A DNA stretch of 64,000 nt from Candidatus Krumholzibacteriia bacterium (GCA_963836185.1 CAWIIQ010000002.1:320001-384000); one strand, 5' to 3'. Positions 10,573 to 22,811 are shown, counted from the first letter of the stretch. The notes: generated by a model not told the origin, from the sequence alone. Translations and numbers: made by a program.

Positions 10573-13500
10573 GTGATGACGCCCGGACCGGACAGAAAAG
10601 AGAACCGGAGAGATAAGCTGCGGCGGAGTGCGCTTTCGACGGCGCTGCCTCTCCTTGTCCTCGCTCTTCTGTCTCCGCCCGCCGCCTCCCAGGCCAACGA
10701 TCCTGTATACCTGCTCGAGATCGACCTCCTGAAGATGTCCGATCAGCTCGATGTCCGCTACAGGTGGGCCGAGACAGGAGTGCTGCCCCCTGAATATATA
10801 CTCCTGGGCGACCCCGAAGGTGCCGTATTCATGTACCCCTCCTTTCTCAAACCGGAAAAGGAGTTCAGGAAGAATTACACCGAATACGATCCCGTCTCCG
10901 GCCAGCTCTACAGTTTTCAGGTGCCGGGGTACCAGATGTTTTCAAAGAAAGCGGAACGGTCCGGCCCCTATTTCATCGAGACCGGAAGGCCGATGGATGT
11001 CGAAGGGATGAAGATATCGATCACATCGATCGATCATCAGGCGGACGACCTTTGGAAGGAAGGGCTCCGGGTGGTCTGGGTGGACGATGTCAAGTATGCC
11101 CTTTCGACGAGAAAATCGTCACGCGGCGGCAGGGGCGGGCTGATCGATATCAATATCCCGATCTCGCTTCCGAAACAGCTCGAGGCGATCTTCGGCCGAG
11201 GCGAAGAGACGAGACTGACCGTGTCGGGAAGGGAAAAGATCACTATCGGCGGTACTTCGCGCTGGTGCGCCAACTGCCCCCGTACCGAGGGAATGCCCCA
11301 GCAGCAGAAGTTCCCCGACCTCGAGATGGAGCAGCAGCTCACAGTCAACCTCCACGGGACGATCGGCGAGAAGATCAACGTGGCGATCGACCATTCGAGC
11401 ATGGGTGGGGGAGCGCCGTCGACGAACAGGATCAGGCTGAACTACACCGGGTTCGACGACGAGATCATCAAGCTTATCGAGATGGGCGACACCGACCTGA
11501 CCCTTTCAGGAGCGCAGCTGATCAGTTACTCGGGACAGGCGAAGGGTCTCTTCGGCGTCAAGGGCGTCGCCCAGATCGGCCCGATCGACCTGACGGTCAT
11601 AGCGAGCAAGGAGGAGGGCGAGTCTTCCTCGGGCACCTTCTCGGCAACGGGAGGCCAGAGCAGCGAGATCTCCATAAACGATTACGCGTACATCAAGAGA
11701 CAGTTCTTCTATCTCGAATCGCCCGGCGATGACTACCAGGCCCCCGGGTTCGGAACTATATACCCGGTGATCGGCGGCTACGACAGTCTCGAGGTCTTCG
11801 CGTCCCTTCGGCCGGATCTGGAATGGAACAACTTCAGCCCGAAGTATTACATCAAGGCGTGGACGGATCCGGGAAACACGGGGGACCTGTACCTGGGGGA
11901 GAGTTTCGCGCAGTGGTTCTACCTGCTTGTAGAGGGGAGGGATTACGACCTGATACAGGTCTACGGGGGGGAAAGCACCACGCCTAAATATCTTGGTATA
12001 AGGCTGAGGCAGCCCCTTGGAGAAAACAGGGCGCTCGCTGTAAGGTACAAGATGGACCTGGGCAACGGCGATCATACGGTAGTAGGAGATTATAATTATT
12101 TCCCGCCCCTGCCCGACACACTGGTCGTAGTCCCCGACGAATCGACGTGGATAACAGCCGAGCTCATCTGTCCTCCCGAGGACGATTTCCTGCCTTCGTC
12201 CGTTCCGGGCGCGAAGTACACCTCGACATGGAACATGATGTTCAGAAACGTCTACTCGATCGGCCTGAGCGGACTCGATGACGCAGCCATAAATGTGAAG
12301 ATCAGGGATCGCAGAACGGTCATCGGCACAGCCGAAATAAACGATTTCTCGAACGAGAGCTACCTGAGGATATTCGGCCTCGACCGATACAAGTCGACGG
12401 GGGCATGGGGGGAGGACGGATTTGTCGATAACAGGCAGGGTGTGATCGACTTCAACGATGGATATATCATGTTCCCATCGTATCGTCCGTTCGATATCAC
12501 CGAGTACGAACTGCAGAGGTATTTCAGTGAATCCGAGAACAATATTTCGAGCGATCCTGAACTGATAGCATCGGTGGAGGCCCTCAGCGACACGCTGAGG
12601 AGAAACAGCTCGATATACAATGAGATCCTCGACAAGAACAGCCCGGCCAACGAGTACGAGATAATCATCGAGGCATCGAGCGGAAACCGCGTGTTCAACC
12701 TCGCCGCCTTCGACATACTCGATGGAACGGAAGTCGTCATGGTCGATGGTGTGAGGCTCTCAAGGGGCTCCGACTACGACATCGACTATATCGGCGGTTC
12801 GGTGACCCTCAAGGGTGATTACGCCAACCTGCCTCCCGATGCGAGCGTGAAGATCGATTATCAGCACAAACCTCTTTTCGGCGGGGGTAAAAGCTCGCTG
12901 CTCGGCATCGGAGCCAACCTCTACCTCTCGGAGAACGCGAGGATCAACGCTACATACCTGTATAACTCGGTAGGCGCCCCTAAATACAGGCCCAGGCTCG
13001 GAGAGGAACCGACACGGAACATGGCCGGTGATATCAACGGATCGTTCCAGTTTCAGCCGGGATGGATGACGTCTCTGGCTAACATGCTCCCCATGGTCAA
13101 TACCGACGCGGCAAGCAGCCTGAGCCTGACCGGTGAGATAGCGATGAGCATCCCCAATCCCAATACGAAGGGAGAGGCCTATATAGACGACATGGAGGGG
13201 GTCGAGGACAGCGATCAGATCAACCTCGTCCGCGCCCAGTGGTACGAGGCCAGCCCCCCGATAAGTCCCCTCGATTCAGTGACCGTGCTTCCTCCTCTGC
13301 CGCCGGAGAAGGAATTTTTCTGGTACAACCCGGCCAACACCAACGAGCAGCAGTTTCTGACGACGAGCAAGAAGGATCTCAATCCGAACCTGGACGACCG
13401 GGAGAACTCGAGGCAGACCTCGATGTTTATCAAGGCCTGGGAACCGGATCTCAACCAGTGGTCGGGGATCATGACGGGATTTACAGGCGGGATCGATCTT

Positions 13501-16500
13501 TCTACGTCGCAGTACATCGAGATATGGGTCAACGACTATACGGTGGACCAGGATGACAGGCGGGGAGTGCTGCATATCGATTTCGGAAAGATCGATGAGG
13601 ATTTCCATCAGCCCGAGTTGAACCGGCACGACAACGAGAACGCTATCAACTGGACGAACGAGGCCGACACCGGGTTCGTCGGCGAAAAGTATGAAGATAG
13701 GCCGTTCAACAGGGATTTCAACGAGGACAAGTTCGACGAGGTCATGGGCGTATACATGTGGATCAACTCGAGGTTCGGGAACTCCAGGGCTGACAACGAG
13801 GACATGAACGGGAACGGCCGCCTCGATGAGAGCAACGAGTACTATACCATCGCGCTCGACCTCGCTGACACGGCGATAATCGATGTACAGAGGGATTTCT
13901 CCGGGGTCACCGAATACTGGAATGATCCCGAGAAGGGATCGATCAACAGGCAAAAGAGCTGGAGGATGTACAGGCTCGATATCACCAAGGCGGCGCGGAT
14001 GGGCGACCTGGCTCCCAGGCTCGACAAGATCTCCCATATGAGGATCTGGGTGGAGAACATCGATCAGGTCCAGGCGATCACGCAGACTGACAGGTCCCCC
14101 GATAACATGGTTGAGATCACAGGGGTCAAGTTCGTCGGCAGCAGGTGGGAGTACAACAATGTAAGGGACCTTGCCAATCATGAGGTCCCGATCAATCCCG
14201 ATACCCTGGACCCCGCCCATGAAGGTCAATCTGGGGACGATAAACAACAAGGACAACCCTTCGATCTACACGACGCCATATCCGCCCGATGTCGAGGAAG
14301 GGATACAGAACCGCGAACAATCCCTGCTGTTCGCGGTCGAGAACTTCCATCCGGGCTATTCGTTCAAGTCGATGAAGCGATTCTTCGGGGCAGGGCCTGA
14401 GTTTCATGCAGTACGAGGAGATCCAGTTCTTCATCCGCCCTGACAACGACCTTGTCGGCGGAGTGGCAGAGCAGGACAGTATGGAGTTCTTCCTGCAGAT
14501 CGCATACGACAGCCTCAACTATTATGAGATGGCCATACCCCTCAAGGACGCGCTGGCGAACAAATGGCAGTGGGTCAACATACGGATGAGCGACCTGACG
14601 AACATGAAGATCGACGCGGTGCCCGGCAAGATAACCGAAAAGGAGATCACCGATACGGCCGATCCGTCAATGACATATATGGGGAGGCTCCGGGGCGATC
14701 CCAGCCTGTTCAGGGTGAGATTTCTGTTCGCCGGGATCAGGTATCCTCGCGGAGAAGAAAGGGCGAAGGGTACTCTGTGGTTCAACGACATCGCCCTTGG
14801 ATGGGTGCGCAAGGATATCGATCATGCGGAAAGGGTCGGCTTGTCGGCGAGTTTCGCCAATGTATTGTCATTGAATGCCAGCTACCAGAGGACCGGCCCC
14901 GAGTTCAGGTCGCTGAAGCAGAAGGCAGGAAGCGGCACGACGAGCGACAATTTTCTCATGTCGGGCAAGACCGAGATCAATCACATCATCCCGACACTCG
15001 GGTTCACTATCCCTATCACCGGGAAATACAGCAAGTCGCAGTCGAAGCCGAAGTATCTCTCGCAGAGCGACGTGGAGATTGCCGACGAGGCGGTCCAGGA
15101 ATCGCAGAAGACGATAAGAAACAGTTACTCATACAGTCTCTCAATGAGCAGGCGCGGTTCGAAGAACCTGATAATGAAGCACCTGTTCGACAATCTCAAA
15201 GCGGGCGCCAGTTACTCGAAGTCCAACCTCGCATCGCCGACGGTGCTGGATACGTCGTGGTCATACAGCTGGAACACGAACTACCAGATCCAGTTCAGCA
15301 AGGACCGGAAGCTGAATCTCTTCAAGGGAATCGGTTTCAGGTACTGGCTCACGAGCTTTTCCTACAACGCGGCCGGCTCGAAGGCTCTGAAGAACACATA
15401 TTCGTACAACGGTGAAAGGTATATCAAGAGCCCGACAGGATTCTCGCACAACTGGAACAACGAGATGTCGATGAGCTACGATCCGTTCGAGTCGATCAAG
15501 ATCAACTTCCGGAGGAACGAAAAACGGAACATGATGAATTACCGGGAGTTCTACGGAATTCCCATCGGAAAGCTCTACGACTACAGGGAGAGCTTCGAGT
15601 TTCAGTACCAGCCTCGCGGACAGGTGTGGCTGCTCTCGCAGTTCAACCCGAGATTCGAGTATACATCGCGATACGGAGAGAACCTCAATCCGAGTTTGAG
15701 AGGGCCCGGCGATCCCGAAGACACGAGAAACGTCAGCAGCGAGAGACAGATCAATGTCGTCTTTGATGTCGACATCGGTGGATACGCCATCGATTTCGGT
15801 AAGTTGATCAGGGTGTTCGGTGAAGACGAGACGGCAGTGAGTATGCCAGGATCTTCCGGCGCCACGCTTGACAAGCAGAAGGAGGATTTCAGGAGCAAAT
15901 TCGACGGCAGGGTGAAGTCGGACCAGGGGGAAGGCCTGGGCGAGAGAAAGTCGCTTGTCGATGATGCTCCGCAGCAGGAGCCGCCGCCAGAGGGGCAGGA
16001 AGAAGGTGAACAGGAAGAGAAGAAGGGCGCCTACTCGGATCTGATGGTCCAGAAGCCGCGAGGGGAGATAGCCGGGCTGGGACAACCGAAGACAGACGAG
16101 GAGAAGGCCGCCGAGGCGGATACGATCAAGAAACCGAGGGGGGACTCCTGGAGACTGGTCAAAATGGCCCTGAGGTTTGTCGGCAGGATAGATCCGATAA
16201 AGAGCGCTATCCGTATCGATGACAGGAGCAGCTATCAGCGTCTGTACGAGAGGGCGAGCCTCGCTTACCGTTTCGGTTTCGACCGTGGATCGGGCGTGAT
16301 CGGTTCCTCGTGCACTGAGGAAGAATGTTCGCCTGAGAACGATCCGAACAGAGCTTCGAAGAGGATCAATCTCGATCTCAGGTCGGGCCTCGACCTGACC
16401 AGCAACATCTCGGCCGATATACGCTTCAATATGTCGAGGAACACCGATGAGGCCGATGCCAGGTTGACTGAGTCCGAGAACATGACCTGGCCCGACATAG

Positions 16501-17046
16501 CCGTGAACTGGAAGGGCCTGGAGAACTGGGGGCTGCTCAGAGGACTGGTGAAATCGCAGCAACTTCACTATCAACTATATAAGGAAGACGACGAAGAGTA
16601 TCGCGGTCGACAGGCAGGAATTACGCGTTGAGTCCCAACTGGAGCCTTACCTGGAAGAACACGCTCTCGACGAACCTGTCGTTCTCATTCAGCAAGCAGA
16701 CGAAGATCGAAAAGAACCAGGAGATCTGGGACCAGACATGGTCGGGTAATCTCGAGCTGCGCTACGACATCAAGGGATCGAAAGGGCATATCGATACCCG
16801 GACTCGGCAGCAGGCTGTCGTTCGAAAGTAACTTTGACCACGGTACTTAACCTCGGTTACAGTTCGACGGAGAGCCATAATCTGCCTGCGTCGACTGTCT
16901 TGACGGTCTCTCCCCGTTTCACATATACTTTCAGCCGGAATATTTCGGGAAGCCTGACGCTCAACTACAGGAGGGTGGCAGGCGGCAGGTACGGGTACAT
17001 CAACCACGAGGTCGGGCTTCATGCATCCGCGGAATTCAAATTCTAG
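10573..17046 (+). CDS. sprA: SprA/Sov-family outer-membrane protein (type IX secretion translocon homolog), ~2,100 aa, split by about 4 indels
   Basis: Signal peptide; GTIGEKINV, YTGFDDEIIKLIEMGD, GLFGVK, GEEPTRN, AYIDDMEG, YIEIWV, LHIDFGKIDED, EDMNGNGRLD, LWFNDI; colinear ORFs 10573, 14171, 14406, 16628, 16834; ends ...SAEFKF with a terminal Phe like a beta-barrel. Confidence 0.85.
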
Positions 17047-17050
17047 TACA

Positions 17051-17956
17051 TTGCGGAGGCTCGTCTCATCGGCGCCCTTCCTGACCGCAGTAGTCCTCAC
17101 CGCTTTTACAAGCTGCGGTTCCGGCAGCGTGCCGGAGTTCGACAGCGAGTCAGCGTTCACTTTTCTCGAGGAGCAGGTCGATATCGGATTTCGCTACCCG
17201 GGCTCTCCCGAGCATACGCGGCTGCAGAGGTACCTGACAGACAAGCTGCGGGATTTCGGCGCTGATGTCTCCCTTCAGCCGTTCGACGCTGTGCTGACGA
17301 CCGGAGATACGCTGCACCTGATCAACATCATCGGTAATTACAACAAGGGGGCATCGAAGCGGATCATGCTCGCCGCCCATTACGATACCAGGCCGTTCGC
17401 CGACCGGGATCCCGATCCCGCGAATCGCGACAAGCCGATCCACGGAGCTAACGATGGAGCGAGCGGAGTCGCCGTCCTGCTCGAGATAGCGAGGCTTCTC
17501 GGAAACCACGAACCGCCCGTCGGAGTAGACATCGTCCTTTTCGATGGAGAGGATTACGGCAGGGAAGGTTCGCCGGCCGACTATTGTCTCGGTTCGGGCC
17601 ACTTTGCCAGGAGGCTGAGGGGGTACAAACCGTCGGCTGCGATCGTGATCGACATGATCGGAGACAGTGATCTGGAGATTCCAATGGAGGGGTACTCGAG
17701 GGCCGCTTCGCCCGCCCTCCTCGGTGAGCTGTTCGATATCGCAGATCAGCTTGGTTACGAGCAGTTCAGCAGGAAAAAGCTCGGCGCCATAATAGACGAC
17801 CATCTGCCCCTGATACAGGCTGGCGTCAACGCTGTCGACCTGATCGATTTCGAATATGAATACTGGCACACCCTCGAGGACACTCCCGACAAGTGTTCGC
17901 CCGGATCGCTTGAAGCTGTCGGGAATGTGCTTCTGCACTACATCTGGCGGCAGTAA
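17051..17956 (+). CDS. M28-family lipoprotein, probable glutaminyl-peptide cyclotransferase (start uncertain)
   Basis: Lipobox-like AFTSC; AHYDTRP, GANDGASGVAVLLEIAR, FDGEDYG, YCLGS, DMIG, DDH, YWHT. Confidence 0.75.
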   Translation: MRRLVSSAPFLTAVVLTAFTSCGSGSVPEFDSESAFTFLEEQVDIGFRYPGSPEHTRLQRYLTDKLRDFGADVSLQPFDAVLTTGDTLHLINIIGNYNKGASKRIMLAAHYDTRPFADRDPDPANRDKPIHGANDGASGVAVLLEIARLLGNHEPPVGVDIVLFDGEDYGREGSPADYCLGSGHFARRLRGYKPSAAIVIDMIGDSDLEIPMEGYSRAASPALLGELFDIADQLGYEQFSRKKLGAIIDDHLPLIQAGVNAVDLIDFEYEYWHTLEDTPDKCSPGSLEAVGNVLLHYIWRQ

Positions 17957-18036
17957 ACAGGGCTTCGGCCGGCGGTTTCCATTAAAAAGTGCTTGATTTA
18001 TCGGTCCCGGTGGGATACTTATTATAGCGACGTATG

Positions 18037-18066
18037 AATGGGGCGGTGGCGCCCCGTTTTCTTTTA
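18037..18066 (+). promoter_or_regulatory. rimP-leader-type terminator/attenuator hairpin
   Basis: AATGGGGCG-GTGG-CGCCCCGTT followed by TTCTTTT, directly upstream of rimP-nusA-infB. Confidence 0.6.
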
Positions 18067-18108
18067 TATCCGGCGTTTCGGCGTTCGGAGGTGTTGGGGT
18101 GGCTGTCT

Positions 18109-18618
18109 ATGAATCCGGAGCAGGGACTCTCTTCCGTAGTAGAGAAAGAAGTCGGCCTTCTCGGCTTCGAGCTGATCAAGCTCGATGTGATCTCGAGGGG
18201 CCGCAAGAAGGTCCTGCGGTTGTTCATAGACAATCCCGAGGGGAGCGTGTCGGTCGCCGACTGTGTGAAGACGTCGAAGGCGGTCGGGTTCGTGCTCGAG
18301 GGCGAGGATCTGATCCAGGGGGCATTCAACCTGGAAGTCTCGTCTCCAGGCATCAACAGGCCGCTCGTCAAGCCAGCGCACTTCGAAAGATTCACCGGGC
18401 ACGGCGCCAGGGTGGAGTACACCGCGGGCGCGGGTGAGAAGAAAACGGTCATAGGAGAGATCGCGAGGGTCGGAGACGGCTCTGTAGTGATCCTCTCGGA
18501 AGGCGATGAGACGGCCGTCAGGTTCGACCGGATGATCAAGGCGAACCTCCATGGAGAGAAATGGGATATTGGCTCAAAGAAGGAGCGCGACAGCAAGCGC
18601 GCCGGGAAAAGCCGCTAG
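18109..18618 (+). CDS. rimP: ribosome maturation factor RimP
   Basis: LRLFID, DC, LEVSSPGINRPL; first gene of the nusA-infB operon. Confidence 0.93.
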   Translation: MNPEQGLSSVVEKEVGLLGFELIKLDVISRGRKKVLRLFIDNPEGSVSVADCVKTSKAVGFVLEGEDLIQGAFNLEVSSPGINRPLVKPAHFERFTGHGARVEYTAGAGEKKTVIGEIARVGDGSVVILSEGDETAVRFDRMIKANLHGEKWDIGSKKERDSKRAGKSR

Positions 18619-18688
18619 AGGAAAAGATTTTGACACTTCAGCGTGCGTACACTAGAATGTCTTGCACGGTTTGAAGGGAGCGTCGAGG

Positions 18689-20318
18689 ATGAACGCAGGA
18701 TTTCTGGAAGCATTTGCCCAGATAATAAGGGTCAAGAGAGTCGACAAGACCACTCTCATCGACACTATCAAGACAAGTCTCATATCGGCTGCCAAAAGGA
18801 AGTTCGGGCAGGAGGCGGAGATCGAGGTCGAGCTCGACGACGCCAAGGGCATTCTGGAGGTATACCGGATATTCAAGGTCGTCAAGAAGGTGGAGGAACC
18901 CGATACCGAGATCGACCTGAAGGAAGCCCGCGAGATGGATGACGAGGCCGTGGTCGGGTCCGAGATCAAGCTTATGCTTCCCCTCGAGGAGTTCGGACGT
19001 AACGCCGTCCAGACGGCCAAGCAGGTCCTGATGCAGAAGGTCCGGGAGGCTGAGAGAGACAGGGTCTTCGAGGACTACAAGGACAAGATCGGGGTCATCG
19101 CCTCGGGCACGGTCCGCCAGGTCGATCGCGGAAACATCCTCGTCAATCTCGGCAGGGCGGAGGCCTATCTGCCCAACCGCGAGCAGATCCGCAAGGAACG
19201 CTACAACCAGGGCGACACGATCAGGGCAGTCATCATCGAGGTCGACAAGGAGGCCAAGGGTCCCCTGATCATCCTTTCGAGGACAAGCAACCAGTTCCTC
19301 CAGAAGCTGTTCGAGCAGGAGGTGCCCGAGATATTCGATGGTGACGTAGAGATAAAGAGCATCGCCCGTGAGCCGGGAGGACGTTCGAAGATCGCCGTCC
19401 ATTCGAGAAGCGAGAAGGTCGACGCCGTCGGTTCTTGTGTCGGAATGAAAGGATCGCGCGTGCAGGCCGTAGTAAACGAGCTTCACGGCGAGAAGATAGA
19501 TATCGTCAGCTGGAACGAGAGCTCGAACGAGTTCGTCTCCAGGGCGCTCGCGCCGGCGAAGGTGTCGGCGTTGAGGTTCAACGAGGCCGAGGATGATGTC
19601 CTCGCCATAGTCGAGGAGGACCAGCTCTCTCTTGCCATCGGCAAGGAGGGACAGAACGTCCGTCTCGCCTCGAAGCTCACCGGCTGGAAGATAAACCTGG
19701 CGACAGTCAGGAGCGTCGAACGCAGGGACAGGCTCGAACAGAAGCTTCAGATGGATATCGCCGATATGGTCGGTGTGACGCAGACGATCGCGTCGAAGCT
19801 CAGGGGCATCGGCATCCTGACCGTCCAGAAACTCTACAAGACTACGCTCGAGGAGCTGCTCGAAGTCGATGGCGTCGGCCCGAAGACGGCGGAGAAGCTC
19901 AAGGAGAGCGCGATAGAGACGATGGAAGAGCTGAACAAGGCGCTCGAGGAACTTCTCGAGAAGGAAAAGGCCGAAGAGGCCGTTACCGAGGAGCTCTTCG
20001 ACGAGACAGCACTCGCTCCCGAAGTCGTCAAAGAGGTCGAGGAAGTCAAGCTCACCGAGGAGGAGCTGTTCGGCGAACCTGTCCGGTTCCGATGAAGAAG
20101 ATGAGAATGAGCAGGACGAAGAGGATGTCGAGGAGGCCGGTGAAGAGGTAGCAGCAGAAGAGGACGAGGCAGAGGAAGCGGAAGAAGAAGAGGAAGATGA
20201 AGAGGAAGATGCCTCCGAAGAGAAAGAAGAGACAGGGGACGGGGAAGAGTCTCCTTCGGAAGATATAGAGACAGAGGAGCCGGGCGGCGAGGATACCGGT
20301 CCCGGCAAAAAGGAATAA
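18689..20318 (+). CDS. nusA: transcription termination factor NusA; acidic tail joined across a probable indel near 20080
   Basis: FGRNAVQTAKQV, LFEQEVPEI, AREPGGRSKIAV, CVGMKGSRV, LSLAIGKEGQNVRLASKLTGW; ORF 18689..20095 then an E/D-rich frame ending at TAA 20316-20318. Confidence 0.95.
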
Positions 20319-20345
20319 CAGGTGCTCGAAGGGAGTTGAGGTCCT

Positions 20346-22499
20346 TTGGCGAAAGTCCGCGTATATCAGCTTGCTCGCAAGTACGAGATCTCCAGTGATG
20401 CTCTGCGCAAGATCCTCGTAAAAGAGGGGATCACAGTCAAGAGCCACATGAGCTCCGTGGACGAGAAGGTCGAGACCTTCATCGAGCAGCATTTCAAGCG
20501 CGTCAAGGCTGCCACGACTCGCGAAGTAAAGAAAAAGAAGGACAAGCAGCCTCCCAGGGGCGATACCAGACCCCCGAAGAAGGCCAAGGGTAAAAGGCCG
20601 AGGAAGCAGGCGAAGAAGCCCGAGACCGACCACAAGGCAGTCAAGGAAAGCGTAAAGCGCACCCTCGCCAAGCTCGATGTGACGAGAAAATCCCGCAGGC
20701 GCAAGCGTGAGAAGGAAGATGTCGTGGTGGTCGAGGAGGATCAGGGCGTCATGAAGCTGCCTGAGTTCTCCACCGTCGCGGACGTTGCCCAAAAACTCGA
20801 CATCGATCCGGCCGAGATCATCCAGAAATGCTTCGCTATGGGCCTGATGGTCTCTATCAATCAGAGACTCGACTCGGATACGATCGTGATGCTGGCCGAA
20901 GAGTACGACTTCACCGTTCAGTTCGCGTCTGTTTACGGACAGGACATGCTGGCGGGCAAGAAGGAAGTCGACCCCGAGCGTATGATCGAACGTTCCCCCA
21001 TAGTGACGATCATGGGTCACGTAGATCACGGAAAGACATCGCTTCTCGACAACATGCGCGACAGTAATATCATCGCCGGAGAAAAGGGCGGGATCACGCA
21101 GCATATCGGTGCGTACGAAGTCGAGATCGGGGGCAAAAAGATAACCTTCATCGACACACCCGGCCACGAGGCCTTCACGGCTATGCGGTCGAGGGGCGCG
21201 CAGCTCACCGACATCGTGATCCTGATCACGGCCGCCGACGATGGAGTAATGCCCCAGACGATCGAGGCGATCAACCACGCCAGGGCCGCCGATGTTCCGA
21301 TAATCGTAGCGATAAACAAGATCGACCTGCCGAATGCCGATCTCGGCAAGGTCAAGCAGGGCCTGATCCAGCAGAACCTCGTGCTCGAAGAGTACGGCGG
21401 TAATGTCATGGGCGCCGAGATCTCGGCGAAGAATGGCGTCAATATAGATAAACTGCTCGAGATGATCCTTCTGCAGGCGGAGATGATGGAACTGAAGGCC
21501 GATCCCGAGGCCGAGGTCCGCGGAGTGGTCCTCGAGGCTCGCAAGGAAGAGGGCAGGGGCAATATCGCCACCGTCCTTATCCAGCAGGGAACCCTCAGGG
21601 TCGGCGACAATTTCATCACCGGAAATTTCTTCGGGCGCGTAAAGGCTATGCTCAACGAGCGGGGTAAAAGGATCGATGAGGCGCCTCCTTCGACACCTGT
21701 CGTCATCCTCGGCTGCACGGGGATACCGCAGGCTGGAGACGCGTTCTACCAGATAGAGGACGAAAAGACGGCCAAGGATATCGCCAGCAAGCGTCAGCAG
21801 TTCGCTCGCGAGAAGGACCGCAGGCTTGTCCAGAGGATCACCCTCGAGGACCTCTACAGGCAGATCCAGGAAGGGACCATAAAGGAGCTCAACATCATCG
21901 TCAGGGCCGATACGGACGGCTCGGTGGAAGCGCTCACCGACAGCTTCACATCTCTTGCCACGGAAGAGGTCAAGGTCAACGTCATACAGAAGCTCGTCGG
22001 CATGGTGAACGAAAGCGACGTCCTGCTCGCCTCGGCTTCGAACGCCGTCGTTATCGGGTTCCATACAACGATCACTCCGCAGGCGGAGATGCTCGCCAAG
22101 ACCGAGAATGTCGACGTGAGGTTCTACGAGGTGATCTACAAGGCTATAGATGATATCAAGGCGGCCATGTCGGGTCTCCTCGAGCCGGAGATCATCGAGA
22201 CGCCTCTCGGCGACGCCGAGGTAAGGCAGGTATTCAAGGTCTCCAAGACAGGTACGATCGCGGGATGCTACGTCACTTCGGGAACGATAAAGCGCAACGC
22301 CCTGGTACGCGTGAAAAGGGAAGGGGATGTCATCCATGAGGCGGCGATCAATTCGCTGAAGCGCTTCAAGGACGACGTCAAGGAGGTCCAGTCAGGGTTC
22401 GAGTGCGGTATCGGGGTCGAGGGCTTCGATGACTATGTCGAGGGTGACATCTTCGAGGTATATGAAGAGGTAGAGAGGCACAGATCGATCGATGACTGA
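20346..22499 (+). CDS. infB: translation initiation factor IF-2
   Basis: GHVDHGKTSLLD, GGITQHIGAY, DTPGHEAF, NKID, SLKRFKDDVKEV, ECGIG. Confidence 0.98.
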   Translation: MAKVRVYQLARKYEISSDALRKILVKEGITVKSHMSSVDEKVETFIEQHFKRVKAATTREVKKKKDKQPPRGDTRPPKKAKGKRPRKQAKKPETDHKAVKESVKRTLAKLDVTRKSRRRKREKEDVVVVEEDQGVMKLPEFSTVADVAQKLDIDPAEIIQKCFAMGLMVSINQRLDSDTIVMLAEEYDFTVQFASVYGQDMLAGKKEVDPERMIERSPIVTIMGHVDHGKTSLLDNMRDSNIIAGEKGGITQHIGAYEVEIGGKKITFIDTPGHEAFTAMRSRGAQLTDIVILITAADDGVMPQTIEAINHARAADVPIIVAINKIDLPNADLGKVKQGLIQQNLVLEEYGGNVMGAEISAKNGVNIDKLLEMILLQAEMMELKADPEAEVRGVVLEARKEEGRGNIATVLIQQGTLRVGDNFITGNFFGRVKAMLNERGKRIDEAPPSTPVVILGCTGIPQAGDAFYQIEDEKTAKDIASKRQQFAREKDRRLVQRITLEDLYRQIQEGTIKELNIIVRADTDGSVEALTDSFTSLATEEVKVNVIQKLVGMVNESDVLLASASNAVVIGFHTTITPQAEMLAKTENVDVRFYEVIYKAIDDIKAAMSGLLEPEIIETPLGDAEVRQVFKVSKTGTIAGCYVTSGTIKRNALVRVKREGDVIHEAAINSLKRFKDDVKEVQSGFECGIGVEGFDDYVEGDIFEVYEEVERHRSIDD

Positions 22500-22510
22500 G
22501 CGGGAGGCCC

Positions 22511-22795
22511 GTGATGATCGTGGCTTGCCTCAGGATCAGGCTGCACTTGCCCGGCTGTACTTCACTCAAGGAAAAGCGGTTCGTTCTGAAGAGCCTGAAG
22601 GACAGGCTGCACGGCAGGTTCAATGTCGCACTCTGCGAGTACGGCAGCCATGACAAGTGGCAGCTCGCCGATTTCGGCGTTGCGACTGTGACTACCGACA
22701 CGAGGGGTGCGGACAGCGTTCTCCAGTCGGTCCTTAATTTCATGGAAAAGGACGGCCGCATCGAGCTGGTCGAGATAGATAGAGAGACATACTGA
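22511..22795 (+). CDS. DUF503 (YlxP-like) protein
   Basis: SLKEKR...FNVALCE...WQ; conserved position between infB and rbfA. Confidence 0.88.
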   Translation: MMIVACLRIRLHLPGCTSLKEKRFVLKSLKDRLHGRFNVALCEYGSHDKWQLADFGVATVTTDTRGADSVLQSVLNFMEKDGRIELVEIDRETY

Positions 22796-22811
22796 CACGG
22801 CGGGACAGGAT

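Noticed and set aside
14398-14405. TGA in sprA as a selenocysteine or readthrough codon
   Set aside because: The downstream coding sequence is in a different frame, and the stop is reached only after an upstream indel.
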